Assembly: GCA_051362555.1 (NCBI GenBank)
Contig: CM120647.1
Location: forward strand, 18,514,651 to 18,578,650
Direction: 5' to 3'
Source of the DNA: Lingula anatina
Taxonomy: Eukaryota; Animalia; Brachiopoda
Length of the DNA stretch: 64,000 nt
Position numbers and translations under genes: made by a program. The first letter of the stretch is position 1; every line of letters begins with the position of its first letter. Shown piece after piece: positions 11,111-24,460 of this stretch. The notes beneath the pieces are model-generated. The model was given only the letters and a program-made list of their open reading frames with translations, was not told where the DNA came from and did not search any database.

Positions 11111-14100
11111 ATGGAGAGGTGCATTTTTAGAAGTATGTTGATTTTTCACCTCACTTTATGCGTGCTGTTGATAAATCAGCCCACAGAAGAGGGACGATCT
11201 GAGAGACGCACCAAAAAGGCAATGGATTTAGTCAACATAACACCGGTAAGAATCAGAAGAGAATTATCTTCTCATGAAGAAGAAATGAGGGCGAGAATCA
11301 CACAAGAGCCTCCCACTACTGACGGTGGAATGCACGTGGACGTCACACGAGAGTCTCCCACTACTGAGGGTGGAATGCACGTGGACGTCACACAATGGTC
11401 TCCCACTACTGAGGGTGGAATGCACGTGGACGTCACACAAGAATCTCCCACTACTGAGGGTGGAATGCACGTGCACGTCACACGAGAGTCTCCCACTACT
11501 GAGGGTGGAATGCACGTGGACGTCACACAATGGTCTCCCACTACTGAGGGTGGAATGCACGTGGACGTCACACAAGAACCTCCCACTACTGAGGGTGGAA
11601 TGCACGTGGACGTCACACAATGGTCTCCCACTACTGAAGATGGAAAGCACGTGGACGTCACACAAGAGTCACCCACTGAGGGTGGAATGCATGTGGACGT
11701 CACACAACAGTCGCCCACTACTGAGGGTGGAATGCTGGCGGAAGTTTTGCAGGAGCCACCCAGTCAAGAGGATACATTGCGGGGCATTTCTACCAACAGC
11801 AGTGAAATATCTTTTTCCTCAGATGTGACTCTCACGCCGTACAGATGGCTCTGTGCACAATTGGGATATCGTCAACTCAGCATTAAGGTCCACTGCAACT
11901 GCGACCCGCTGTGCGTCCTGTATGATGACTGCTGTTATGGGCTGACAGAAAACGCGACAGTGTGCGCTGCATCTGTCAGATTAACAAGTGCGCATGGAAC
12001 AAGCTTAAGAGAAACTCATGGTAACAGCACCACTTCGACTGCAGTCCCAAACAATTCATCCTCTTCGATAAGAGAAATAAACCAACTCGACCCTACGTCT
12101 ATTTCTCTGGCACATAAAAGCTCTTGTAGAAAACCTCCAACATTACATCGTCAAAACTCCCAAAGGGGATCAGGCGAAACGGACATTATGGGACTGAGCT
12201 TTTGGATGGTGGACCAATGCCCACCATCTTGGATGGAGAAGGAAAGCCGTATCAAGTGCACCGATACCCCAAATACTGGCATCACAGAAAATGCACTCTT
12301 ATACCAGCCAGTCACCGACCCAGATACAATAATCACCTTCAGAAACAAGTACTGTGCAGCGTGTAATGGTATCAAGAATGGCGGGGAACCGTGGGGACTT
12401 GTCGTGTATGACAAGACACCAGTGACCGATGAGATTGTTAACTGCAGCTCGTCGGTTTGTGTTTTAAGAAAACTGAAAGATTTCAGAAGTCATGGCATTT
12501 TCGTGCCTAAACCGGAATGGAATTTAAGAACATGTTTTCGGGAAGCAGAGGAGGATGCCTTTGGCCCTTGCAAGTTCAGTTTTATCAATGGAAACATGCG
12601 CCGTATGCCTCGTCCACTCCCCTTGCACTCAGCATTACGGGATGCCTGCATGGCGTACAACAACCCTGTTGTTCTAAGCGGTTTTGAAATTTACAAGAAC
12701 TACCACTGCATGCTTTGTTATGGAGGTGATTTTACCATCTGTGGAGGTGAGTAACATTTTTTTAGTAGTAAATATGTAAAAATGTCAGAACCGTGCATTT
12801 ATGGTGTTAATTTTTAACATAGTTTACTCGTCTCCTTCGTTATCTCAACCTTCAAAATTTTGCAACCTTCGAAATTACACACTAGTTTTTCCAGAATAAA
12901 ATTTTTGTTTTCTTGACTCTTAGATTCGATATGTTGCCTAAACTTATGTTTATCCAGTTCGCCCTCGTCTATAGTATCAAAAGACACTGATAAACATATT
13001 TTTTACTTTATTGTATGTGTTTATTTTTTGTCAAGGTTCATTTATCATGTATTATTTGACTCAATTTATGAAAATGGAAAGAACATTGCTGGATATAGGT
13101 GAAATTTCAATTCAAATTAGTTTTCATTTTTACACCCTTAAAATTCAAGAATTGATTTTATATAGACAATATAGACAGTATTTTAATCTAAAACACTCAT
13201 TGAAAACCATTAAAAATTTACACTACTAAAAATTAATCTTATTAAAATACATATATATATATTTAAAAAATCTAAGAGATATAGACACAATTAAAAATGT
13301 GAGTCTTTAAAAGAGATTTAAAATTGTCAAAGTCTTCTGTTTTTCTAATAAAATTTGGTAGGGCATTCCACACTTTTGGGGCATAGATTATAAAAGCACG
13401 ATTTCCTTAACTTTTGAGGCATCCCTTCTCTAAAACAGAATGTTCTAAAATAACATCATTCTCAGTATTAAAACGTTTGGACAGCGTGGTAAGTTAAAAC
13501 AGATAAGATCAGATAAATATAATGGTCCTTGTGAATGGATCGCCTTAAAAATAATACAATAATACAATTGTTATGCATTATTCTTGTTAATTATGTACAG
13601 TATAAATAAGTTCTTGCTAAACTGGGGGATTGTAAATTGGAATCGTATCATAAGGTCAGCTCAAATGGCAGATTCTTTTGGATATTTTAGCCACGTGTCT
13701 GTTACATATAAAACCCCACACATTGACAAAGTTCTGTTTACGATAACAATATCTCTTCCAGCGGCTTTAATAGTCAGGTCATTCTTTTCCTATTACGCTG
13801 AAGTTAAACTAGGATCCAAGATGGATCTTAGAGTTGTGACCCCTTGCTCACGAGACCCGAGATGAAAGACGTGTTGATTTCGTCTCCCACCCCTTAAAGC
13901 GAATGGTTTAAACTACAGGAAATAGATTAGTTGGACAACGTGTTGCTGAGTGTTTGGCAAGCTTACATGTTCTCTAGATAATTAATTCATAATATTTTTT
14001 TCTTTGCAGGTGAGAATGCCACACCGCCACCAGAGAGATTCCTCGGTCTTTCTTTTCGTGCCCTATTGTACCTGGGGGACCAAGACGGGAAACAGAGTGA

Positions 14101-14918
14101 TGACGGGATGGTAAGGGTGCGAAAACGAAATACAGTTGTACAATTATCATAATGATGATGTTATTTGGAAATTGTATTTACATAAATAGATATGACATCT
14201 TCACTTTTTTATTTTTCCCTGGATTGTTATATTAATATTCTATTGTAATTATTGTCAGTAGTTTTTCCCGGGTGGAAACTGCAGTCCTAAATCGTAAAAC
14301 CATGCACGTATATCTGTACCTATACCTGCTACTTTCCAGTCTATAGATCAGCACATAATGTGCCCCCCTGGTTTTATTCCTGATGACCAGGGCTGCCGCG
14401 CCCTTATGCACAATTTCACGGTATTCAAGTCCATCATTCCTTTACATTTTGAACCATGTGGCTGGCTTCCGACATCAAGGGGTGGCTGTATGGATATCAT
14501 TCATAATGGTCAATTAAGAACTGTACTGAAAGCTGTGCAGGCAGATATTCGTTCCTGTAGTCAGAAACACGGCGCTGATGACACGTCCATCACCTTTGTC
14601 CTTGAAACAATGGTCAGTCTTAGCGGGAGACAAGCCCACTACGAGGAAGGTCGTAACATGATTAACCATTTGCAAGCACGGATGGAAAATGCTCTGCAAA
14701 ATGTGCAGTTGAAGATATCTGGAGGGCCTATCGGTATACGTTTAGGATCGTTCTCTGCCTGCACAAAGAATACCACGAACCACGGCTCCGTACCGCTATT
14801 TGCTAGCACGACACCGATCACAACCCCGAAGCAGAACCGAGGATATATCCATGTCGGTAACGTTAGACTTTTGATGTTGATGGTGATGGTGGCAGCGGTG
14901 TGGGATTTTTACATGTAG
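11111..14918 (+). CDS. Secreted or membrane-anchored protein: signal peptide, 15-aa Thr/Pro repeats, somatomedin-B domain, two NxxCxxC Cys modules of adhesion-GPCR-like ectodomains, hydrophobic C-terminus
   Basis: Exons 11111 (or ATG 11135)-12746 (GAG|gtgagt), 14010-14110 (tttgcag|, ATG|gtaagg) and 14340-14918 (ttccag|); phases join in frame. Signal-like MLIFHLTLCVLL; SMB CNCDPLCVLYDDCC; motifs WMVDQCP...PVTD...FRNKYCAACNG and YKNYHCMLC; tail LLMLMVMVAAVWDFYM*. Confidence 0.8.
11298..11745 (+). repeat. Coding minisatellite, 45-bp unit x ~10
   Basis: Unit GTCACACAA...TCTCCCACTACTGAGGGTGGAATGCACGTGGAC encodes VT(Q/R)(E/W)(S/P)PTTEGGMHVD; one unit has an in-frame 3-bp deletion. Confidence 0.95.
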
Positions 14919-15100
14919 CTATGGGTAAGAGCGTTACAGATACAGGATCGGTTACTTCTTTGGCTAAATCAATTTATACATGGGAATTTGACGTTTTTAT
15001 TTTTTTGTGAAATAATTTTGCGTTTTTAATTATAGTAAAATTAAATAATTAAGATTTTATTTTTCTTCAAAATTCACCTCAAATAGTTGTTTGGACGTCA

Positions 15101-15310
15101 TTACTTCATCCAACGAGATTTTCTTTTTGCTTTTGTTATTTTGTTGATTAGAAATCTCACTCAGAAGTTATGGACGCATTATCAACTTTTCAAGATCAGT
15201 CAGAAATGGGCTACCTTAGATCCGATTCGATTTTGTTGGTGATTCTTTATTTAATTAATTGATAATTGGGTTGTCGTGGTGGAGGCTTGCACTCTCTGAG
15301 TGCTTTTGAG
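15101..15310 (+). mobile_element. Degenerate copy of short HINE family 3
   Basis: AAGTTATGGAC, AAATGGG and a 3' GGTGGAGGCTTGCACTCTCTGAGTGCTTTT end match the 33769-34016 element. Confidence 0.6.
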
Positions 15311-16381
15311 TTTGGGTTATCAAGTGAAATAGTTTAAAATATAGTCGGCCTACTACAAGGTATCAGAGCACGATAATTGGCCTTAATAAAAGAAAGACGC
15401 ATATGGAATATTGTCTACTATACCGTATTGGTTCTTGAATTCCCTCACAAAACAATTTTTAAAAGTAGAATTTATCTTGTGCCACATATTCATGAACGTT
15501 TCATGTTTTCATTTTACATATTGTACTAGGCTTTACTGCATATAATTTTTTTTTTACTTCAGAAGGATTTGCAAATCCAAGTAAAATATGTTAGTTTTTG
15601 AATTTTCCAATAAAGAACGGTGGATTTCAATTTCCATTTTGCCCTGTATATAGGTTGTAACAGGCCTTTACGTGCGTGTCTTGTCCCAGTTTCACAGAAA
15701 TTCTTAAGTCGATTCTCTGGCTTAGTTGACTAGGATTTCCATGAGAGTGCCGTAACACGGGTTCTTATAGGGTAAAATGTGCGTATGTGAGTATGTAACG
15801 GTGGTAATTTTTTTTTTTTTTTTTTTTTTTTTTGTGAAGTCGGCGCAGTGGTAAGATACATTGTACATATAGAACATGATCTTCGCGAAATAATTAGTCG
15901 GAGCAAGATTTTTTAATCAAATAACTTTATTATCTATTTGATAAATGAAAATTAGGTGTTGTATTGTAACAAAGGCCGATGATTTGTAAAACATAAGGCA
16001 TAACTTTATTGTCCACGCAAAAATGAATGTTTTCAATATTTTCAGAAACTGACCAATTTGTATGGATTGTATTTGTATATCATTCATAGTCTGTTGAGCA
16101 TTGGTTTATGAGTAATCAATCATTTGATAGTTGGTGCAAGGTACATTTAAAGTTATCTGAAATACATGATTTTAACTAAATTAAGCATAAATTATACCTG
16201 GAAAATATTTTAATGTAATTACACGCATATATTTACGGTTTTGTGGTTTGCTGTTTTCAAAATTAATAATTTACACAGTCTGGCAGGCAATTTTATGTTT
16301 GTTGTAAAGATCTAGAATTTGAAATTTTTTAATGTTGTAAATCAGTAGTGTACTTAATGTTGTAAACTTGTTATATTGCAA

Positions 16382-16419
<38 letters not shown>

Positions 16420-16967
16420 GGTTTCCTTTTAAGTAATATAGCAAATTAGCAGCATTTGATTTTAATGAATTGAAAAAAAAAATAAATAAGCTTTTAACTT
16501 TTATTTAAAAATATTGGAAATTTTAAAGTGCAGATATAATTTTGTTAGTAATCAATAACCTTTACAAGAATGGAATTTATTTATGTAACAAGGATCGGTT
16601 TAATTGATTGATTTAACGATCTAAAAGTAAATTAACTTTCATGACGTCAATAACAGCCGCAAATTTGCATTCATGGTCATTTAGTTAAAATAAAATTTAT
16701 ACTTCTTTGTGAGGTTTGGCAAAAATAAAAGTGGCCTTGGCAGGCCCAATACCAATCAACCATATTGCGTTTGTCATTTTATTTCGTTAACTGATTTTTT
16801 TGTGCAATTAGCGGGGGAGATAATTAAATCATAAACTTTAAATATTACCCTGTAGTTAGATAAGGCGTGACACAGTGGTAAAAAATAACTTGAAATGCAT
16901 TTAAAATCAAAGTTTTTCCCCAAAACCCGACCCTACGGTAACATATAGCTTCAAATTGTATAACTTA

Positions 16968-17182
16968 GGGTGCATTCCCATAGATTTAGATTGATTCATC
17001 TAGATCGACCTAATTCCCTGGGGGTTCACGCTAAATTGATGTCAGCCGAGTGTGCACGGTAGTTAATTACCCCCTTACAGCTTTTAGTAGGCGGGACAGA
17101 CGCTTAAGACGGCTAAGCTGACAGTAATCTAGGGAGACTCCCCACAGGGATAGATCGATCTAAAATCTGTGGGAATGGGGTC
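16968..17182. mobile_element. PIF/Harbinger-like MITE (215 bp)
   Basis: Imperfect TIRs (ATTCCCATAGATTT.../...AAAATCTGTGGGAAT), TTA on both flanks; core is the reverse complement of 34956-35170. Confidence 0.75.
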
Positions 17183-17597
17183 TTAGAGAAATAGTACCAC
17201 AGAAAATCGTTTCATATTTCACGGAAATTGATATATGCACGAATTTTTTTCTGCTTTCTTTCTATCTATGCGTCAGCAGCCTCATTTGAAGAAGTATGCA
17301 CGCGCAGCTATACGTACGTACATCCATACAAGGGAATAAGAGTGATAATTATGCAATGCACTCACGGTACGACGTCAATTAGCGGACCTTTATGAACTGG
17401 AGGGTCAGATAAATAGGACAATTGTCGACCAAAAATTTGAAGAAGGTGCAGTTTTAACATACATTTTGGCTGAGCCAGAAGTTAATTTAGTTTATGACTT
17501 GGCGTGTCGACTTAATTTCGGTCGTATGAGAAACTAATAGAAGTAATATGCGTTACTTGAAATCCACGCTGTCTTTAAATGTTGAGATAACCAAGAT

Positions 17598-17680
17598 TAA
17601 AGGGATAATAACTCTGTGTATGAGATCTATATTTCACAATAAAAACTAAAAACTCATAGAAATATAATATATTCTGTTGG
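17598..17680 (-). mobile_element. Terminal fragment of the Kolobok-like MITE
   Basis: TTAAAGGGATAATAACTC...TATGAGATCTATATTTCACAATAAAAAC is the reverse complement of about 39460-39540. Confidence 0.65.
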
Positions 17681-18629
17681 CCGGTAATGACGGTTAGGCT
17701 CGTCATAATCATATAAATAGCGTGTTTCCACCCATGGCATATATATCAAGTATTTGTCTTGGCAAGTATATCAATTATTGTTATATTGACTTGAGTCAGT
17801 AACAAGAAACCAAGCAACACTTGTCATTCTTAATCATTGTAAATCTTTTTAAAATAGCAAGTCTTAGTTGTTTTCCTTAAGTGTTGGGGCATTTTTTCCC
17901 AGCAAAGCTAAAGAAACATTAGTCATGAGCAAGATGTGTAATGGACCTTTTACATATACATATGGGATGAATGTCCTAAACTTATATAATTTTGAACGCT
18001 TAATTCAAGCGTGGGCTCGAAATAGGACATTACGTTTTAGACTTACATAGTGGATAACGCGATCCAAAGATTCCACGGTTCGTGTCAGATTTACGTGAGG
18101 TCGCGCAAAGAAAACCCAAGTCCACACCAGTTAAACGATTTATTCGTTGACGCTCGGTAACTACATGTTCTTAGTGAAGTCTCAAACTCCTAACTACGTC
18201 TCGCTCCGTACTCCGTCGCTTCCAACCTCCTCCTTCGCTGTCTCCTCTAGCTGTCTCCCTACATCTCTCCTACGTGTCCCTCTCAAGGTATTGCTTATAT
18301 ACTTATTCCTTATCTACATGTATGGTCCATGACGCAAACTTTAACTACCTATAATTGTATAATTAATTTCTTTACCTCGGCGTTATACAAAGAGGCCGCC
18401 ACATTACTCAAAAGCTATTGCACCACAACGCGTTACATCATAAGATTTCATACGATCTTAATGTCGGACTTGACAATATTAGGGCAGTGGTGGATAGTTA
18501 TTATGAGTTATACGTCTGTTGTCGACATCGACAAATCAATCATACTGTCACATCTAACGCAATGCCACGGTAATCGGTTCATGAATATTTGAGTAGTTTT
18601 TGTCAACGTTCGCTATAAAAGCGGGCGTA

Positions 18630-19192
18630 TACCGGTGTGGCATGAATCGTTCGGAGCGTGAACCATCCGTTCTGCTCATGCACACGAAGCACAGGCAAAT
18701 TTGAGAGATTTCTGGCGTGTACAGTCCGTCTCTATCGAGTCATCAATACATTCTCAGTCTTTACTAAACATCCACTGTTGAGAACATACTGCGAATTCAA
18801 ACATTATCTTTAGAAGTATTCATATCTTATAGATGTTCACCTGTACTGCGATTCCCCTCAGGTGACCATATCAACACACTAGCCTAGTAAAATCAATACA
18901 AAAAAATAGTAGGCCAACAGCTGAATAACGACGGCCCGTCAGTTCATCCATGCGTCGTACTGTAATTTGAAGCTGATTTTTTATCAAAATTATCAATTAA
19001 CACATGAATTTTACCGAGAAACATCCCCATTATAGTAAATATATAATGTGGTAAAAAACGAACTAGCTGAATAAAGCAGTACAGGTGAATAACAACGGAT
19101 CATTCACGGAACGGCTCATACACGCGTAAGCTGCTTGTACAGTCGGTCAGGACGGATGGTTCACGCAGAACGGACCGTACGAGTGACGCCGG
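18630..19192. repeat. Degenerate nested inverted-repeat element (probable old MITE)
   Basis: GCGTGAACCATCCGTTCTG (18656-18674) vs CAGGACGGATGGTTCACGC (19148-19166), 18/19 match; inner TTCACCTGTACTGC (18836-18849) vs GCAGTACAGGTGAA (19076-19089), 14/14 match. Confidence 0.55.
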
Positions 19193-19859
19193 CTCTGGGT
19201 GCGGTCAGGTTGTTCTTCTCAGAATGTAATGAGACGATTCTGTTTTTCCTGGGCGTCATGTTGCTGTACATGTATGCATTAAAGTTGCCTAATGTTGTTT
19301 TCACCACTACCACTAGGCCTACCACTACAACTACAATGTACCACTACAACAACTTGTATGTGCTGCATTACATCTACGTAGTGCGTGAACAATAAAGATC
19401 AACTTAAAATATGACTTGCGTTTATTGATCTTTAGACAGCAACAACGTCTGTTATATGGTTTGAAAAACAAAAATCTGATTCTTTATATTTATGATTAAA
19501 TCGTCAAAACAAATATTGTGCACAGATATGAGAATGAAAAAAAAAACTTGTTTCCTTAGCTTAATGAATATAATTTGTTTTGCAAGGATTCTGCATCTGG
19601 GATGATTTGCCTACATCGTCACGATTGATCCTATGTGGTAAGTTATGAATGACATTTATGTATGTAAATATGTATATAGGTCACAGTCACAGTCCTAATC
19701 TTGTCCACTTCCTAAGTGGCCCAGACCACATCCCAATTAGGACGATGCATAATGAGCATGTTAATTGGCCAAGTAATTTACATGTGAGCTGCCAGTTTGT
19801 TTGTATGGCATGTGTAATTAAATAGGAGATGTCATAGATCAAGGCACCCAATGCTGTCA

Positions 19860-20165
19860 CAGGTAAAATATCTTGACTACAAAAATAGTAACTATTTTGC
19901 TACCATTTTTTCACGGTAAATTACTGGCATCACAGCTGCCAGTATTCTACCGTGAAAAAAAAAGGGTAATGTTTCACGGTAAAATACTGTGACCACAAAC
20001 AATTTTTTTTCTACCATTTTCACGGTAAATTACTGGCATCCCAGCTGCCAGTGTGCTACCTTGAAAAAAAAAAAAAACACGTAAAATACTGTGACTACAA
20101 AAACTTTTATTTTTTGCTACCATTTTTTTTACTGGCATCCAAGCTGCCAGTACGCTACGGTGAAT
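19860..20165. repeat. Three ~100-115-bp tandem units, each with an internal palindrome
   Basis: TTCACGGTAAATTACTGGCATC.CAGCTGCCAGT...CTACCGTGAA and GTAAAATACTGTGAC.ACAAA recur. Confidence 0.7.
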
Positions 20166-21247
20166 GTTTTAAAGTGTTGCTTAGTATGCATTTAATGTAC
20201 CGGTATCACATGCATTATTCTGCAATTATACACGTATTATCTATGAATGATACATATCCATATTTTAACCTAAACGCTCTTTACATCTAGTTAAAAGGAG
20301 GGCCTAGTGTGTTCTCTTCTGGTAGGAAGGGGAATTCTATGTACCATTTAGACATGATCTATGTACCATTTAGACATATTTTGTAAAAAGAAACAACTGT
20401 TTATGGACAGAAACTTCTGGCTGTTTTGGCAGTTAAAGAATGGATGAAGCACCTATTTATAATAGCTAGAGACCAAGGCCTGACATTACCCTCTGTCCGG
20501 CCACGGAATGATTTTGCGTTAGATATTTACATATAATCATAATTATCCTTCTGATTTTATATTTATTTCTGGGCTGCGAATTTTTTTTTCGTAGAAATGA
20601 CGTCAGCACTGCTCTAACCTAAGGTAGAGACACAATTTGAATAATTTTATAATAAACATACATATTTTACAGGCCCATTTTACATTTAAGGCAAATATAT
20701 GTACACGTGTGCCAGCACTGTTCTGCACAGTATTGTTACACGTGTGTATGCCTTTAAGGTTAAATGGTAAAAGGAACAGTCACACAAACGCCGTGCACAT
20801 GATGAACGTCTTGGCGATAAAAAGGGCAGACGACAGATATAACTGACCAAAAGCGTTGCCCCTCTGGGCTAGGACTTTGCATTTTGCTTTTTTTTTTCGT
20901 TGCATATCTGCGTGGCTTGAAAGTGTGCGGATTTCGTCTGGAATACGACAGCCATTTCCGTTGAGTTCGATGTGAGTAAATTGGCTGAAGCCAATATTGT
21001 GCACGAGATGGTAGGTATTCACTGTAAAGGGCAGAGATCTGTTTATTCCTGTTAATAACGTGATCTTCCTTTTATTTTCACACAGTATTTTTCTCCAGCT
21101 CATTAGTATATGTTTCAACTTTCATAGAAATTTAATCCATTTTCTCCTTATCATTGCTAGACCCATGCCTGCAATAACTACATGCAGTAGAGTGATGTTT
21201 TCAACCATTTCTATTTAAATAATTTAGTTCTATATGAATGGACAATT

Positions 21248-24200
21248 GTTATGCTGTATTACTTCAATATAGTCAAAAACCAAATAAAAAGAGCTCTCTC
21301 TGTCTCTCGCTATCTACATGTATCTTTCTTTCTCTCTCTCTCTCTCAAACAAATAAATGGATGCATCGCTGATGAATACATATTCCTTTCTTTTTATTTA
21401 GATACGGGCACCCTGAGTATGAAGCAGAGTATAACAACAAGTATATTATGTTGTGGATCAGCTCCCTCTAACTGCATAAGCACATACACTGTACCAGTAC
21501 AGCGAAACTTGAAAGAAAGACTAATGAATGACTTAGAAACGGCTGCGAAAATGACACACAGATTTGAACGGGAGTAGGCAATTTAGATTCCCCGCCCACG
21601 TGGTCCACGTGGTACAATAGGCGGGAAATTGGTGACAACTTATCAACCGGTTACAAGAACATCTTATCGATTGGACAACAAAGCGTATTGGGGAGCATGG
21701 AAAAGACAGCTTGTCATCTTCACAATGGCGCAGCTGGATTCTTTCTGTCAGTGCTGTCGGCTATCACACTGTCAGTGTCAGCACTTCTTGTCGGTAGTTT
21801 TCAAGAAATCTCTGTCCTCGTGCTTTTGGCCTTCCAGCACGTCGTCATTTTCGTTTTCGCTGTCCCCGCCTGGCTTTGCATTGCTAGGCAACAAGATTTT
21901 GAGCGCGAATATCCCGAGCAACGGAATGGGAGCGATAGCACGGGAAAGGATGCCGTGGTCGACAGTAATGCTTCAAAGTTGTTCTACTTCGAAGAAAATC
22001 ATCAGGAGACTAGGAATTCCCAGAGAAATGACTCCGAGGGGAGTAACTCCGATATTTTGACTTTCATGTCTGAGGGAGAAAAAGCCAATATGAAGAATTC
22101 TCAGGAAGTGAAATCCAAGAAAAAGCAGCAGGATGACAAGCAGAATCATCATGGACATATAAAGAAAGGAGAAAGAAGATTACAGAGAGAAATATCTCAA
22201 GTGGGTGTTACGAATGGCATATCCGAGAGAAAATATGAAACGACCATAGCGCATTTTGAGAATGAAAAGTCTATGAAAGAGGTTGCAAAAAAGCTGAATG
22301 GATCTAAGGTGGAAAACAATCATAGAAAAAAATTGAACTCAGACACTGAATCTCAGAAACAGACTTCCTTGAATGATAAGGAAATTATTCCCAAGACGGG
22401 CTTGAAATCGATTAAAGACTGCGTCTTCGTTGTTATTCGGTGCAGCATGGCGTATTTAACGTGGTGGTGTGCGCTCAGTGCTTTTAGATACCTTCCAATA
22501 GGAGATGCTTCTGTTCTGGAGTATACCAACCCCATATATTCGGTCATTCTGGCCCGTGTTATACTGAAGGAACCGTGTGGCGTTGTGGAGGCTTTCTCTA
22601 CATTGGTCATGTTAACAGGTGAGTCTGAGAGAGAAATCAAATTCAATTATTTTGACCCAATAATTCTCCTTAACCAATTTAGCCCTATAAGTGTCAAAGT
22701 TTCGAACTGGGTCATTCCACATAAAAATGTAACCCACACATTTTGTGTGACATCAACATGATTTTTACTTGCCCCATTGTATATGATTACTCTTGTTGTT
22801 TTATATTTCAATACCCTAATTAAAAACGTGATATAAAACATTTATGCAATTCTGTTACATACTTGTTGCTTGGATCTAATTTTGAAAAATGTTTCCAATA
22901 AATTTTGTCGAAATTGTATTATTATTCTTATTATTATTATTATTATTATTGTTTTCTTCAGTATATTTTTCACATTAAATGTTTGAAATGAAATTTTTCA
23001 TCTTTTTTCTTCTATAGGTATAATCCTAATATCCAGACCCAGCTTTCTTTGGGGAGACTCAGCCGCACTTAACCCGATAGGTGTCACTCTGGCCATAGCG
23101 ACCGCTGTGACGTCATCAATTAACATGCTTTTTGGTAGAAAACTGAAGCATGTGCATAGTCTAGTTGTCGTAGCATCAATAGGTCTCTTTAGTGGCATTA
23201 TTTCATGGATAGTTGTATTATCCACAGAGGGCGTTTCATTTCCGGTCACGTGGTTGGAGTGGTGTGCGGTCGTGTTGAGTGGTGTCATGGTATTTACCGG
23301 GGGGATTAGTTCCCAGATGGCGCTGCAGTTTGAGAACGTCGCCATCGTGAGTATAGTGCGTACTTCTGAACCAATCTTCGTGTTCACATGGCAAGTGACT
23401 ATTCTTCATGTCATCCCAAAATGGACGTCAGTTGTGGGATCTCTTCTGATTTTGGCGTGTGTCATCGCTCTTGGTATAAGGAAATGTTCGGGTGACCAGG
23501 GAAATACTAATTTTGACGGCAACCAGGATGCTCTGTCGGGCAATGGAGTTTCTACGCCCTCTGAGAAACATAAAGTTGTACTGAACAGTAAAAGGATTAA
23601 GCTTAACTTTCAGCCATTAAACTATTTCAAAGATTTCATTTTGTCTTACCCGCAACCAAATGTGAACACAGCACAAAAAAAAAAGAATCAGAGAAGATAA
23701 TTCGACACTAATTAACACAAAATGCTATTATGATAAACAGTGACATTAAATATTTTAAAAAATAAAGTCTTATATTCAGAAGTCTGTTATATATCTTCTC
23801 AAAAGGTGGAATATGTTGTATCGTTACATTTAGCGGGTCAAGAGGTTGGGGGAGGGGGGGGGGCAAGTGTCCCCACCAGCTTCGAGTTTTGAAAAGAGTA
23901 TGCCTAGATGACTGTGGGAAAATCTTTGAATTTTAAATAATTTGAATTGTATTTTATTCAATTTTTGTACGCCCTGTAATAGCATGTACTAAGCCATTCT
24001 TGCTTGTAAATATGATCCTTTGGAGACGTCATAATCCGAGTTGGTATCAGCGCAACTGCCGCATTACGGCAGCGTTTAAAAACTAGTCCAAAGCTGCGTT
24101 CACAAAATGCAATTTTGACTGAATGTAGCAAAAATGCACTATCAAACGCCCAGACTGAATGAAAGCTTTATAGAAAGAAAGCGTGCACAATTTACACCCT

Positions 24201-24460
24201 GATTATACGAGCGTGTACCAGTCTCAGCGGTTCGATGACCGTCTTTTGCGATGACAGTGTCGGTGTACACGAGATTTTGGTCTACCCTGTTACTAATACA
24301 TGTGCAGGTTATGGTAATGAAATAAACAAGTGGATCCATTGCGAACAGAGTACTGGCATGAACAACGCAATTGCATATCGCGTATATTTACATTTACATA
24401 TCATATACCATTCAATATTTGAGGACCCTGCATCCGCTCATTAACAGATTTATAAGCAGA
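21248..24460 (+). repeat. Segmental duplication, copy B
   Basis: Matches 1-3005 plus 7907-8158; the left boundary may extend further because copy A runs off the window. Confidence 0.95.
21697..23700 (+). CDS. SLC35G-like EamA/DMT-family membrane transporter, intact copy
   Basis: Exons 21697-22618 (ACAG|gtgagt) and 23018-23700 (tctatag|GT); open frame; two EamA-like halves with a long charged insertion after TM2. Confidence 0.85.

Noticed and set aside
11264-11828. Alternative-frame and antisense Cys/His-rich repeat ORFs
   Set aside because: Shadows of the stop-free 45-bp coding minisatellite.
19210-19450. Possible solo LTR (AATAAAG...AACA end)
   Set aside because: No convincing TG start with a matching 4-6 bp TSD and no second copy in the window.
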